Source: Candidatus Eiseniibacteriota bacterium | GTDB lineage: Bacteria; Eisenbacteria; RBG-16-71-46 | Reading direction: 5' to 3' | Length of the DNA stretch: 64,000 nucleotides | NCBI GenBank assembly: GCA_038231135.1 | Contig: JBBRLX010000010.1 | Coordinates: forward strand, 1-64,000 | In this document: piece after piece, positions 19,906 through 29,350 of the stretch | Position numbering within the stretch: the stretch's first letter is position 1 | Layout: each line of letters begins with the position of its first letter | Notes under the pieces: generated by a model | The model's database searches: none | What the model saw: the letters and a program-made list of their open reading frames with translations, nothing else | Told to the model about the DNA's origin: nothing | Position numbers and translations under genes: made by a program

Positions 19906-20948
19906 GCGGCCCTCAGCGACAGGCCGATCGCCTGCGTGTATTGCGGTGCCCGGGTCGACGCTCCCGCCGGCTCGGAGGCGAAGAACGGGCGGAGCGGGTC
20001 GAACACTTGGACCGGTGCTTCGAGCAGTTCCTCGAGCCGCTGCGCGAGTCCCGGCAAACGGGCGGTACCGCCCGTGAGCCACACCGAGAATGGCTCGTGG
20101 AGTTTGCCGATCGTTCGGTAAAACGCGACCGAGCGCCGCAGTTCCTCGAGGAGGTCGAATCGCAGAGCATCGAGGATGAACCCCATTTCCGGCAGATTCC
20201 AGTCGACCTGGGTGCTCGCATCGTCGCCGCCGAGGGAACGGATCCACGCCTCGGCCTCCTCGAACGGGATCTTCATGCCGCGCGACACCGCCTGGCTGAG
20301 GCTCTTGCCGCCGAACTCGAACCGCCGCGCGAAGTATGGCTCGGTGCGCTGGTGCAGCACGAGGTGCGAAGTGGAATGACCGAGATCCAGCAGCATCTGG
20401 GTCTCGGTGCGCACCGGAATCTGCTCGAACAGCGCGTTCGTGAGCGCGAGCGGCGTGGCATCCACGATATCTGCGTCGAGCCCCAGAAGCCGCAGCGGCG
20501 CGACATGGCGGTCGAGACGCTCCTGCGACACCGCCGCGAGCAGCACGTCCATGCGCTTCTCGGTGATCGAGCGGCCCACGATCTGGTAGTCGATGACCAT
20601 ACCCTGGGGATCGAACGGCAGGTGTTTCCTCGCCTCGAACCGTAGCGCTTGCCCGACTTCGGCCTCGTCCATGTAGGGCAGCGCGATCTGCTTGAGGATC
20701 ACGTCGGGCCCGGCGATCCCCATGCTGATGCCGCGCAGAGAGCGGACGCTGAGCCCGGCCTGCGATGCGCAATCCGCGATCAGTCGGGCCATGCGCTCGC
20801 GGCCCTGGGGCGTGTCGCGCTCGTGCTCGGGGACCGGAATCGGCATTTCCGCCATCCAGTGACGGGTGCCGAGCGTCGCTACGAGCTTGATGCTCCAGCC
20901 GCCGACGTCGATGCCGGCCCATGGTCGAGATCGAATCCCTGGTCTCAT
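19902..20948 (-). CDS. pilM: Type IV pilus assembly protein PilM (actin-like)
   Basis: GIDVG..SIK, EA.KHLPF, IDYQI, LDLG...S, LTGG.A.LPGL, AIGLSLR. Confidence 0.88.
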   Translation of the reverse strand: MRPGIRSRPWAGIDVGGWSIKLVATLGTRHWMAEMPIPVPEHERDTPQGRERMARLIADCASQAGLSVRSLRGISMGIAGPDVILKQIALPYMDEAEVGQALRFEARKHLPFDPQGMVIDYQIVGRSITEKRMDVLLAAVSQERLDRHVAPLRLLGLDADIVDATPLALTNALFEQIPVRTETQMLLDLGHSTSHLVLHQRTEPYFARRFEFGGKSLSQAVSRGMKIPFEEAEAWIRSLGGDDASTQVDWNLPEMGFILDALRFDLLEELRRSVAFYRTIGKLHEPFSVWLTGGTARLPGLAQRLEELLEAPVQVFDPLRPFFASEPAGASTRAPQYTQAIGLSLRAA

Positions 20949-20975
20949 GATCGGGGAGGGGTTCCAAGAGGATCG

Positions 20976-22283
20976 TTAGTTGCCGTTCGAGAGGTCCTTC
21001 CAGGAGCCGGGAATCAGCGTGAAGGCCTTGGTGCGTCCCAGAGTGTTGGGGAGCAGGCCCTGGTCGTACATGGGATCGAGGGTCGCGGCGTCGAGGCCAT
21101 TGGCGCCGAATTGCATCGTGCGACCACCAATCGGTCCCCTAAGATAGATTCCCCCCGCGAACAGGGCAAGGCAGTCGGTGTTCCAGGCTGGATTGTTGTC
21201 GCCGGTTCGCCGATCGAGCGCCACGACACCATTCGAGACGAGGAACAGCTTGACGACATCGGATCGGATCCCGCCCTCGAACCACAGTCCCAGGTTCGCG
21301 TGGGTCAGGCTCGAATAGGTGCTGTCGCTCCCGCGTGAATCGACCTGCGCCACGGCGGCGATCACGAGCCGGGTGCCCGCCGCCCCGGTCACCGTCACCG
21401 GCTGCTCGAAATGAGCTCCCAGAGGCAACAACCAGACGACGGTGCCGCTCGCTCCGGTGATGTCGAAGCTGACGTCGCTGCCGCCGAGGTCCGCGAGCCC
21501 AAACGACGAGTCTGCGCTCATCCCCGCGCCCGGCGGCGCACCGATGTAGACGCGTTTGTCGTTCCCGCCGAGGTCAAATGAATACGTATGGACGTAGCCA
21601 CTCGCGTCGTAAAGTGGCGCCCCCATCGCCTGCGGCAGCCATGCATTCACGAAGTCCTGCACCTCGGGCACCGGGACGCCACCGGACCGGAACGTATAGT
21701 CCTGGGGCGCCGGGAACTCGTCGATCCACGAGGAGATGTCGGGATTGTTCGTGTGGATCGAGCCGTATACGTGGATCGATCGCCGCTGGTTCGCGACGTC
21801 GCTGACGGCGAGCGCACCCGTGGTGGCCAGGATGTCGCGATAGAGCGTGTGGTTGAACGTGGGCACGTAGGTGGCCTCGAGCTCCCGGCTCTCCGCGCCC
21901 TGCCGAGCGATCACGCGGATCGTGATCGCGGTGTCCGTGGGGTCGCTCCAGCTAACCGCCCTTCCTGAATCGCCGTCCACCTGATGGATCACGTTGGCGT
22001 ACACGACCCCCGGCGGCAGGTTGAGCTTCGCTTCAGCGATGCTCCCGTCTTTGGCGGACAGCACGTACCTGGTGCGCTCGATACCTCCCGCGGCCGTGTA
22101 GAACGCCCGGGCATCATCCTGCGATGATTTGAGGAACTGGGCCTCGTAACCGGACAGGCTGAACAGCGATACCGCGAGAATCGTCAGCGCCAGCACGAAC
22201 ATGACGACCCCGACGAGCACGAAGCCGCGCTCGCTCGAAGGCCCGTCCGGCACGCAATCTCGATGTCGGGTCGGCTGCGTCAT
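20976..22283 (-). CDS. PilX-like minor pilin with large C-terminal domain
   Basis: ERG|FVLVGVVMFVLAL (class III signal lacking Glu5, as in PilX/GspK), AFY.A.GG, C-terminal GSWKD. Confidence 0.7.
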   Translation of the reverse strand: MTQPTRHRDCVPDGPSSERGFVLVGVVMFVLALTILAVSLFSLSGYEAQFLKSSQDDARAFYTAAGGIERTRYVLSAKDGSIAEAKLNLPPGVVYANVIHQVDGDSGRAVSWSDPTDTAITIRVIARQGAESRELEATYVPTFNHTLYRDILATTGALAVSDVANQRRSIHVYGSIHTNNPDISSWIDEFPAPQDYTFRSGGVPVPEVQDFVNAWLPQAMGAPLYDASGYVHTYSFDLGGNDKRVYIGAPPGAGMSADSSFGLADLGGSDVSFDITGASGTVVWLLPLGAHFEQPVTVTGAAGTRLVIAAVAQVDSRGSDSTYSSLTHANLGLWFEGGIRSDVVKLFLVSNGVVALDRRTGDNNPAWNTDCLALFAGGIYLRGPIGGRTMQFGANGLDAATLDPMYDQGLLPNTLGRTKAFTLIPGSWKDLSNGN

Positions 22284-22774
22284 GGGCCGGGACGGTTGTA
22301 CATGGCGAACGTGGAGGACAGATCCACCCGTTGCCCGCGCGATGACTTCATGGTAAGGCGGCGCAGGTACACGAGACTGTTGTCGCGGTCGAGCAGAAAG
22401 CGGTCGACCTTGGAATTCGTGACCGGACCCTGGTCGGTTTGCGACGTGCCGGTCATCAAATGGACGAAACGGTCGGTGCTGTTCCACGTGAACCGGCACG
22501 ACTCGGTACCGCTCCGGTCGAACAGCACGAGTGTCTGATGCTTGGAGTCCACCCCGGGGTCGACTTCGGCCGTCGATGCCTTGCGGGTTGCCTCGGTCAT
22601 GCGCTGGAGCAGGAGCGTGGCGTCGCGCTGGGTCATGGCCTGCGTCGACGCATCGAGCCACATGGCCTGCGAGTTCAGGTAGAACGCCACGAGCCCGGTC
22701 ATGACCAGCGAGGCGATCACGACCACCACGGTGAGTTCGACAAGGGTAAGGCCCCGCTGATTTCGTAGGAGCAT
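22280..22774 (-). CDS. Minor pilin (PilW-like)
   Basis: QRG|LTLVELTVVVVI class III signal peptide. Confidence 0.8.
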   Translation of the reverse strand: MLLRNQRGLTLVELTVVVVIASLVMTGLVAFYLNSQAMWLDASTQAMTQRDATLLLQRMTEATRKASTAEVDPGVDSKHQTLVLFDRSGTESCRFTWNSTDRFVHLMTGTSQTDQGPVTNSKVDRFLLDRDNSLVYLRRLTMKSSRGQRVDLSSTFAMYNRPGP

Positions 22775-22782
22775 CGCGGAGC

Positions 22783-23190
22783 CTAACTCGGCAGGAACAG
22801 CCGCGAGAGGGAGACGCTGTCCACGGGCACGTTTGCCGGCCACTTCACGGTAACGGTGACGCGCCGGAGATCGTTTGCGATCGGCGTGGCGGGATCGTTG
22901 TACCAGGATACCGTCCACACCTCGGTGCCAGCCTCGGCGCCCGCATGCTGAAACGGGCGCACGTGAACCGAGTCTGCGAACTCGGGTGCGCTCACGGGCA
23001 GCGTGCTCAGGATTTCGAGTCGCTGTTGGGCGATGCCGAGAGCCGCGCGGGCGACCTCGTATTCGTTGATTAGCCCGCGCCCGGTACCGAACGAGTAGGC
23101 GAGGCCCGTTACCGCCAGAATGGCGATGACGCCGGCCGCCAGAACTTCAATCAGGGAGAATCCACCCTGATGCGATGACGGGGGAGTCAT
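22783..23190 (-). CDS. Minor pilin (PilV-like)
   Basis: QGG|FSLIEVLAAG; A..IAQQRLE; LRRVTVTVKW. Confidence 0.8.
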   Translation of the reverse strand: MTPPSSHQGGFSLIEVLAAGVIAILAVTGLAYSFGTGRGLINEYEVARAALGIAQQRLEILSTLPVSAPEFADSVHVRPFQHAGAEAGTEVWTVSWYNDPATPIANDLRRVTVTVKWPANVPVDSVSLSRLFLPS

Positions 23191-23194
23191 CCGC

Positions 23195-23635
23195 CTACGG
23201 GCAGGTATCGTCCGTGAACTTGCCGCCATTCGAGCTCGTACCGGTACGATCGAAGTGGTAGCCCACCATCAAGTTCTTGTCCGTGTTGTTGGTGGCGCAC
23301 ACGTCGAAACTCGTCGGTGGAGTCTGCGACGAGTAGTTCGTGACCTTGAATCTCCATTTGCCCGTCGTGCCGTCATTGGCTCCCGCTGCTTCGGAGATGT
23401 CGACCATCTTGCTGTCCATCAGTCCCTGCAGATCCGTATAGGTGCTGTTCTTGAGCAGATACACCTGCTCGGCCGTCACGATCGCTCCGATCGCCGCCTT
23501 GGCTTCGCTGCGCTGGGCGTCGCGGACGTAGTTGATGTACAGCGGCACGGCCACCGCGGCGAGGATCGCGACGATGACGATCACGACCATCAATTCCATC
23601 AGGGTGAATCCCTGCTGATTCACTCGCTTCTTCAT
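23195..23635 (-). CDS. pilA: Major type IVa pilin
   Basis: QQG|FTLMELMVVIVIVAILAAVAVPLY..Y...A..SEA; C-terminal Cys pair; GAGG RBS. Confidence 0.85.
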   Translation of the reverse strand: MKKRVNQQGFTLMELMVVIVIVAILAAVAVPLYINYVRDAQRSEAKAAIGAIVTAEQVYLLKNSTYTDLQGLMDSKMVDISEAAGANDGTTGKWRFKVTNYSSQTPPTSFDVCATNNTDKNLMVGYHFDRTGTSSNGGKFTDDTCP

Positions 23636-23837
23636 GGCGTCCTCTGAGTATCCGGGGTGGTGCCGTAGCGGCATCGAACTTCCCGGATTGTCTCACGACA
23701 TTCTCGGAGGACGCCAGCGAGATCAACCGATGGCAAGGCTTCCTGACAACCTAAGAAGTGTAGTCCCCACCGACAGTTACCGGCGGACGCCCCGATATCG
23801 TGAGGGCGCTCCGCCAACGCCTAGCGGCGCCTCGGGA

Positions 23838-25103
23838 TCACTGGCCGAGGCTCTGCTTCATGGCCTGGCCGAGGCTGAAGATGGGCAGGTAGAGGGCCAG
23901 CAGCATGAGCCCGATCACGCCCCCCAGGATCACGATCGCGACCGGCTCGATCAGCGAGCTGAGGCCATCCACGGACGCTGACACTCGCTGCTCGTAGAAA
24001 TCCGCGGTGCGGCTGAGCATGTGTTCGAGCTTGCCGGTTTCTTCGCCGGTGGCGGTCATCTGCACCAGCATCTCGGGGAATACCTGAGTGTCGGCCATCG
24101 CCCGGGCCAGCGAGGTGCCTTGCTCGACGCGCGAGCGCATCTCGTCGATCCCGTACTCCATGACCTTGTTGCCGGGCACCGGCCGGATCACCTTGAGTGC
24201 GTGCAGGATCTGGGTGCCGCTCCCGGTCAGGATGCCCAGCGTGCGCGCGAACTTTGTAACCGCGTACATGCGGATCAGGTTACCGAAGATCGGCATGTTG
24301 AACTTCGCCTGGTCGATGCGCAGCCGCGCCTGTTCCGTCTGAGACCACGCCCACAGCGCGACGCCGCCCACCAGCAGCACCATGCAGATGAGCAACAGGT
24401 TGCCCGTAACCACCTTGCTCGTGAACAGCAGGATTCGAGTGGGCAGTGGCAGCTGGACCTTGAACCGGCCGTAGATGGTCGCGAACATCGGGACGATCTT
24501 GAGCACCATCGCCGCCAGCACCAGCACGGCGAACGACAGCACGAACATCGGATAGCGCAGCGCGGCTTCGACGCGCATGCGCAGCGCCTCCGCGCGCTCG
24601 AGATAGGTGGCGATCTGCTCCATGATCTTGTCGAGTGTACCGCTCATCTCGCCGGTGGCGATCAGGCTCACGAACACCTCGTCGAACGCGTGCGGATGCT
24701 TGGCGAGCGCGCCCGACAGCGAATCGCCCTTCTGCACGTCGTCCGCCACGTGGTCGAGGATCGTCGCGAGGTTGCGGTCGTAATGGTCGCGGCTGATCGA
24801 ACGCATCGACCGCACGAGTGGCAGCCCGGCTCCGATCATGGTCGACGTCTGACGCGCGAACAGCGCGACCGAGCCCGGCTTGATCGGCTGCCGCATGCGG
24901 CTGATCGACGTGCGCATGCGGGTCGTGAACTCGGACGTGGCCGCGGGCGCGCCATTGCTGTGGCCGTTGCGGGTCTCGATGACGACGGGCACGAGCTTCA
25001 TGCCCTCGAGCACGCGCAGCACCTCGTCCTCGGAGCCGGCGACTTCGATGCCCTCGTGGGCGCGCCCGCTGCGATCGCGGGCCCGATAGTAGTAGCTAGG
25101 CAT
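23838..25103 (-). CDS. pilC: Platform protein PilC/GspF
   Basis: F.RQ..TMI.AGLPL, GE.SG.L, AL.YP, GEETG.L..ML, LIEP, LYLPIF. Confidence 0.92.
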   Translation of the reverse strand: MPSYYYRARDRSGRAHEGIEVAGSEDEVLRVLEGMKLVPVVIETRNGHSNGAPAATSEFTTRMRTSISRMRQPIKPGSVALFARQTSTMIGAGLPLVRSMRSISRDHYDRNLATILDHVADDVQKGDSLSGALAKHPHAFDEVFVSLIATGEMSGTLDKIMEQIATYLERAEALRMRVEAALRYPMFVLSFAVLVLAAMVLKIVPMFATIYGRFKVQLPLPTRILLFTSKVVTGNLLLICMVLLVGGVALWAWSQTEQARLRIDQAKFNMPIFGNLIRMYAVTKFARTLGILTGSGTQILHALKVIRPVPGNKVMEYGIDEMRSRVEQGTSLARAMADTQVFPEMLVQMTATGEETGKLEHMLSRTADFYEQRVSASVDGLSSLIEPVAIVILGGVIGLMLLALYLPIFSLGQAMKQSLGQ

Positions 25104-25154
25104 GGGCGGATTCCGTCAGGGTGTCGAAACGTGGATGCATCACCGCAGCCTGCA

Positions 25155-26879
25155 TCATAGCTGGTCCGCCAGCGTCGCGGCGCGGATCTCTTCGATCGTC
25201 GTCTGGCCGTCGAGCACCTTCTTGATGCCGGCTTTGCGCAGCGTGGTGAAGCCCTCATCGATCGCTTTCTGCTTGATCACGTCCTCGTTCATGCCGTCGA
25301 GCACCAGCCGGCGCACCGGCTTGGTGAGCGCCATCACCTCGAACACGGCGGTGCGGCCCATGTAGCCAGTCTGCTTGCACGCGATGCAGCCGCGGCCGCG
25401 CGCGATCGGCCGCCCGAGCACGGCCTCGCCGTCCTCGGCCAGCGCCGCGACGTGCTCGGACTCGGCGATGAACGTCTCCTTGCAACGGTCGCACACGCGC
25501 CGCACCAGCCGCTGCGCCATCACGAGCGTCACTGCCGAGCCCACGAGATACCGCGGCACGCCCATGTCGATGAGGCGCGTCACGGTGGACGGGGCGTCGT
25601 TGGCATGGACCGTCGACAGAACGAGATGGCCGGTGAGCGCGCTCTTGACCGCGATGTCGGCGGTCTCGGCGTCGCGGATCTCGCCGATCATGATCACGTC
25701 GGGGTCCTGCCGCAGGATCGAGCGCAGCGCGCGCGCGAACGTCATGCCGACCTTGTGGTTCGCATGCACCTGGTTGACGGACTCGATGTGGTACTCGATC
25801 GGATCCTCGACGGTCACCAGGTTGCGGTGGACGCTCTTGATCTCGCTGAGCGCCGAATACAGCGTCGTGGTCTTGCCTGAGCCGGTGGGGCCCGAGATCA
25901 GCATCATGCCGTAGGGCAGATGGATCGCGTCCTGGAACGCGGTGAGCGCGGTGCCTTCGATGCCGAGGTTGTCGACGTCGCGGGCGAATGCGCGCTTGTC
26001 GAACAGCCGCAGCACGACCTTCTCGCCGTGGGCGGTTGGCAGCGTCGACACTCGGATGTCCACCTCGCGGTCCGGCAGGTGCACGGTGAGCCGGCCGTCC
26101 TGGGGCAGCAGCCGGATCGCGATGTCCAGCTCCGAGAGCACCTTGAGCCGCGACACGATCGCCATCTGAAGATTTTTCGGCGGCTTCATCATCTCGTGCA
26201 GCACGCCGTCGATGCGGTAGCGCACGGTCATGCGGTCGCGCTGCGGCTCCACGTGGATGTCGCTGGCGCGCGAGTCGATCGCCTCGGCGAGCATCAGGTT
26301 CACGAGCCGCACGACCGGGGCGTCCTCGACCTGCTGCCGCAGCGTGGCGAGGTCGACGTCCTGCTCGTCCTGCACGCCGGACAGGTCGAGCGTGTCGAGG
26401 ATCTCGCCGACCTTCTCGGTGGCGCGGATCTCCTGGTAGAAGCCGTCGATCGCCTCGCGCACCTCGCTCGGCCGCGCGAGCTTGATCTTGAGCGTGCAGC
26501 CGGTGATCGCCCGCAGGTGGTCGAGCGACACCACGTCGAGCGGATCGCCGACGGCCACCTCGAGTACCTTGTCGTCGAGCTTGTGGAGCGCGAGCACCAG
26601 CGCCTGGCGCGCCAGGTTCTCGGGCACGATCGACACGGCGCCCGGGTCGGCCTTCGATAGTTCGTCGGCCTCGATGATCGGCAGCGAGAACTGCTCGCCC
26701 AGCAGGTCCACGACCTCGCGCTCGCTCAGGAGCCCGAGCCGCACCAGCGCCTGCCCGAGACGCTCGCGCGGGTCCTGGCGTGACGCCAGCGCCTGCTTGA
26801 GCTCCTCGGCGGTCAGCCGGCCACGGTCGACCAGCAGCTCGCCGAAGCGCCGGGTGGAGAGGCGGAACGACACGCTCAC
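25155..26879 (-). CDS. pilB: Assembly ATPase PilB/GspE with N-terminal MshEN motifs
   Basis: ASDIHVEP, RYRIDG, GPTGSGKTTT, LRQDPDVIMIGEIRD, TGHLVLSTVH, CxxC pairs; N-terminal RFGELLV..G / RLGQALV..GLL repeats. Confidence 0.93.
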   Translation of the reverse strand: MSVSFRLSTRRFGELLVDRGRLTAEELKQALASRQDPRERLGQALVRLGLLSEREVVDLLGEQFSLPIIEADELSKADPGAVSIVPENLARQALVLALHKLDDKVLEVAVGDPLDVVSLDHLRAITGCTLKIKLARPSEVREAIDGFYQEIRATEKVGEILDTLDLSGVQDEQDVDLATLRQQVEDAPVVRLVNLMLAEAIDSRASDIHVEPQRDRMTVRYRIDGVLHEMMKPPKNLQMAIVSRLKVLSELDIAIRLLPQDGRLTVHLPDREVDIRVSTLPTAHGEKVVLRLFDKRAFARDVDNLGIEGTALTAFQDAIHLPYGMMLISGPTGSGKTTTLYSALSEIKSVHRNLVTVEDPIEYHIESVNQVHANHKVGMTFARALRSILRQDPDVIMIGEIRDAETADIAVKSALTGHLVLSTVHANDAPSTVTRLIDMGVPRYLVGSAVTLVMAQRLVRRVCDRCKETFIAESEHVAALAEDGEAVLGRPIARGRGCIACKQTGYMGRTAVFEVMALTKPVRRLVLDGMNEDVIKQKAIDEGFTTLRKAGIKKVLDGQTTIEEIRAATLADQL

Positions 26880-28039
26880 CGGATCCCAGCCTGCCGCACC
26901 GGCGTCGGGCGATAGTTCCGCGCCTGGAGGGCCGCGCGCTTGTCGGGATCGTCGAAGTACGGGTGGGCGACTTCGAACGCGACATGGCCGCGCTCGACGA
27001 GCTCGGCCAGCGCGTCGTTCATCGAAATCATGTCCTCGCGCGTGGCGAGGGAGATCACGTTGGGGATCTGGTGCACCTTGTCCTCGCGGATCAGGTTCTG
27101 CACCGCCCCGTTCACGAACAGGATCTCGCGCGCCGCGACCCGGCCGCGCCCGTCGGCGCGCGGCAGCAGCACCTGCGACACCACGGCGCGCAGCGTGAGC
27201 GACAACTGGGACCGCACCTGCGACTGCTGCGAAGCGGGGAACGCGTCGATGATGCGCATCACGGTCTGGGCGGCGGACTGGGTGGCCATCGTCGAGATCA
27301 CGAGGTTGCCGGTCTCGGCCGCGGTCAGCGCGATCGCCATGCTCGACAGGTCGCGCATCTCGCCGACGAAGATCACCTGCGGGAGCTGGCGCAGCGCGCC
27401 CTTGAGGCCGCGCGCATAGCTGCGGGTGTCCACGCCGACTTCGCGCTGCTCGAATACCGCGTGCTTTGGCACGAACAGGAACTCGACCGGGTCCTCGATC
27501 GTCACCACGTGACGGCTGCCCTCGGTCTGGTTGAGCTGCTCGAGCAGCGCCGCGATCGTCGTGGACTTGCCCGCCCCGGTGGGACCGGTGACGAGCACGA
27601 GCCCGTGCGTGAATTCGAGCAGCCTCGTCACCACGTGGGGCGCCAGGCCGATCTCGGCCGGCAGCGGGATCTTGAGTGGGACGACCCGGATGGCCGCACC
27701 CCAGTGACCCTGCTGGATGAACAGGTTCACCCGGAAATGGGCGACCTCGGCGAGGTCGTAGCGGGTGTCCAGCTCGAGGTCCCGCTGGAACCGCTCGCAC
27801 AGCGTGGGCGTGATCAGGCTCTCGCCGATGCGCCGCGTGTCGGCCGGCGTCAGGGGCTCCGACCCCGGAAGCGGCTGCAACCGACCCGCGATCGTCACCA
27901 GCACCGGCTGCCCGGCGGTGAGAATCAGGTCCGCGGCGCCGAGTTCCACCGCCCGGCGCAGGATCGCGTCGCGTTCGAGGGGGAGTGCGGTCATGACTCC
28001 GGATTCGGGATGAGGGTCGGGCCTGCTGGGTGAGGTCAT
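26876..28039 (-). CDS. pilT: PilT/PilU-family retraction ATPase with degenerate His box
   Basis: GPTGAGKSTT, TIEDPVE, QREVG.DT, VGEMRD, AVQNLIRE (AIRNLIRE-like). Alternative start at 27994. Confidence 0.85.
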   Translation of the reverse strand: MTSPSRPDPHPESGVMTALPLERDAILRRAVELGAADLILTAGQPVLVTIAGRLQPLPGSEPLTPADTRRIGESLITPTLCERFQRDLELDTRYDLAEVAHFRVNLFIQQGHWGAAIRVVPLKIPLPAEIGLAPHVVTRLLEFTHGLVLVTGPTGAGKSTTIAALLEQLNQTEGSRHVVTIEDPVEFLFVPKHAVFEQREVGVDTRSYARGLKGALRQLPQVIFVGEMRDLSSMAIALTAAETGNLVISTMATQSAAQTVMRIIDAFPASQQSQVRSQLSLTLRAVVSQVLLPRADGRGRVAAREILFVNGAVQNLIREDKVHQIPNVISLATREDMISMNDALAELVERGHVAFEVAHPYFDDPDKRAALQARNYRPTPVRQAGIR

Positions 28040-28364
28040 CGGGGCTCCTGCGTCGCGGAGCCACGTTCGTGACGGGTCGTACCAGTCATCGGACGGTGGG
28101 GGGGAGCGCTCCATGACAACGCGGTCCAGCGGGTTCCCGGCGGCCCGGCCGAACGACGCAATCGAGTCCGAAAAGATACGTACGGCCCCGTGGCATGTCA
28201 ACGCTCTCCCATGCAGAACGACCGGCGGTGCCATGCGCAACACAACGTACTGCGATAGGGCGCAAAGCCCGATCCGGCTTCGGCGATGCCGCAACGCATG
28301 ACCCCGCGAGCACCTATGGATATGCGCGAATCTCCCCAGCCGTGGCGGAACGCATGGTTTCGGA

Positions 28365-28380
28365 GGGCATGCATGGTGCT
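28365..28380 (+). promoter_or_regulatory. Candidate sigma54 -24/-12 promoter for the FN3-PorV module
   Basis: GGGCATGCATGGTGCT has exact GG-N10-GC spacing, about 160 nt upstream of ATG 28540. Confidence 0.35.
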
Positions 28381-28539
28381 CTGTCGGGCCGTGGATTTTC
28401 CAAGGTCCACTCGCCGTTACTCGTTGCGCTGCAGCCACGGACACCGGGCGGCGCACCGCACGCTGCAACTCAGGGAAGTCGTCTGCGGAGTCCGCAGGCC
28501 ATCGAGGGTCGGTGGCGCCGGACGTTCGCCGGAGGAACC

Positions 28540-29349
28540 ATGAAACTTCTTCGAAACGGCATCATTGCGATCGCTGTCCTCGCAACGTCCATGGCGGCCC
28601 AGCCGTCGTTCGCGCAGAACGCCGCGTACAACAGCGTGGTGCTGACATGGACCACGCCTGGCGACGACGGCATGGTCGGCACCGCGTCGCAGTTCGACCT
28701 GCGGTATTCGACGTCACCGATCACGGGGGCGAACTTCGCCGGCGCGGCGCGCTGGACGTCGACGCCGGTGCCGGCCGTTCCGGGCACCAAGCAGACGGTG
28801 ACGGTCTCGGGCCTGCAGCCCGCGACGACCTATTACTTCGCGATCAAGACCGGTGACGACGTCCCGAACTGGTCGGCGATCTCGAACATCATGCAGGCGA
28901 CCACCACGCTCGCGCCCGACAACGTCCGTCCCGCTCCGCTCGCGATCACTGTGACCGGAACGACGGACACCTCGGCGACGCTCGGCTGGACCGCCGTCGG
29001 CGACGACAGCCTGACGGGCACCTCCACGAGCTACGACATCCGCTATTCGACCTCGCCGATCACCGCCACCAACTGGGCGAGTGCGACGCAGGCGACGAAC
29101 GAGCCGTTCCCCGCGATCTCGGGCACCACGCAGAGCCTCACGATCAAGGGTCTGACTCGGCAGGGGACCTACTACTTCGCGGCCCGCACGACGGACGACG
29201 CCGGCAACATCTCGGCGATGTCGAACGTGCCCAGCGTGACGACGCCCGACACGATGTCGCCGGCTTCGATCAACGACCTCGCGGTGGGCTGGTTGTTCAT
29301 GGCATGGCACGGCTTCATGGCTCCGCGCTCCGGCACCGAAACGTACTGA
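28540..29349 (+). CDS. Secreted protein with two fibronectin type III repeats
   Basis: GGAGG RBS, signal peptide ending SFA|Q, two repeats of WT..GDD...A..YD.RYSTSPI...N...A...GT.Q......GL....YYFA..T.DD..N.S..SN. Confidence 0.82.
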   Translation: MKLLRNGIIAIAVLATSMAAQPSFAQNAAYNSVVLTWTTPGDDGMVGTASQFDLRYSTSPITGANFAGAARWTSTPVPAVPGTKQTVTVSGLQPATTYYFAIKTGDDVPNWSAISNIMQATTTLAPDNVRPAPLAITVTGTTDTSATLGWTAVGDDSLTGTSTSYDIRYSTSPITATNWASATQATNEPFPAISGTTQSLTIKGLTRQGTYYFAARTTDDAGNISAMSNVPSVTTPDTMSPASINDLAVGWLFMAWHGFMAPRSGTETY

Positions 29350-29350
29350 C

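Noticed and set aside
28191..28206. TGGCATGTCAACGCT as a sigma54 site
   Set aside because: GG to GC spacing is 9 rather than 10 nt.
28255..28310. GGCGCAAAGCC resembling the c-di-GMP-I (GEMM) riboswitch core
   Set aside because: The upstream GNAAAC/P2 GNRA hairpin and the downstream P3/P1 complement could not be built; an Rfam c-di-GMP-I scan would settle it.
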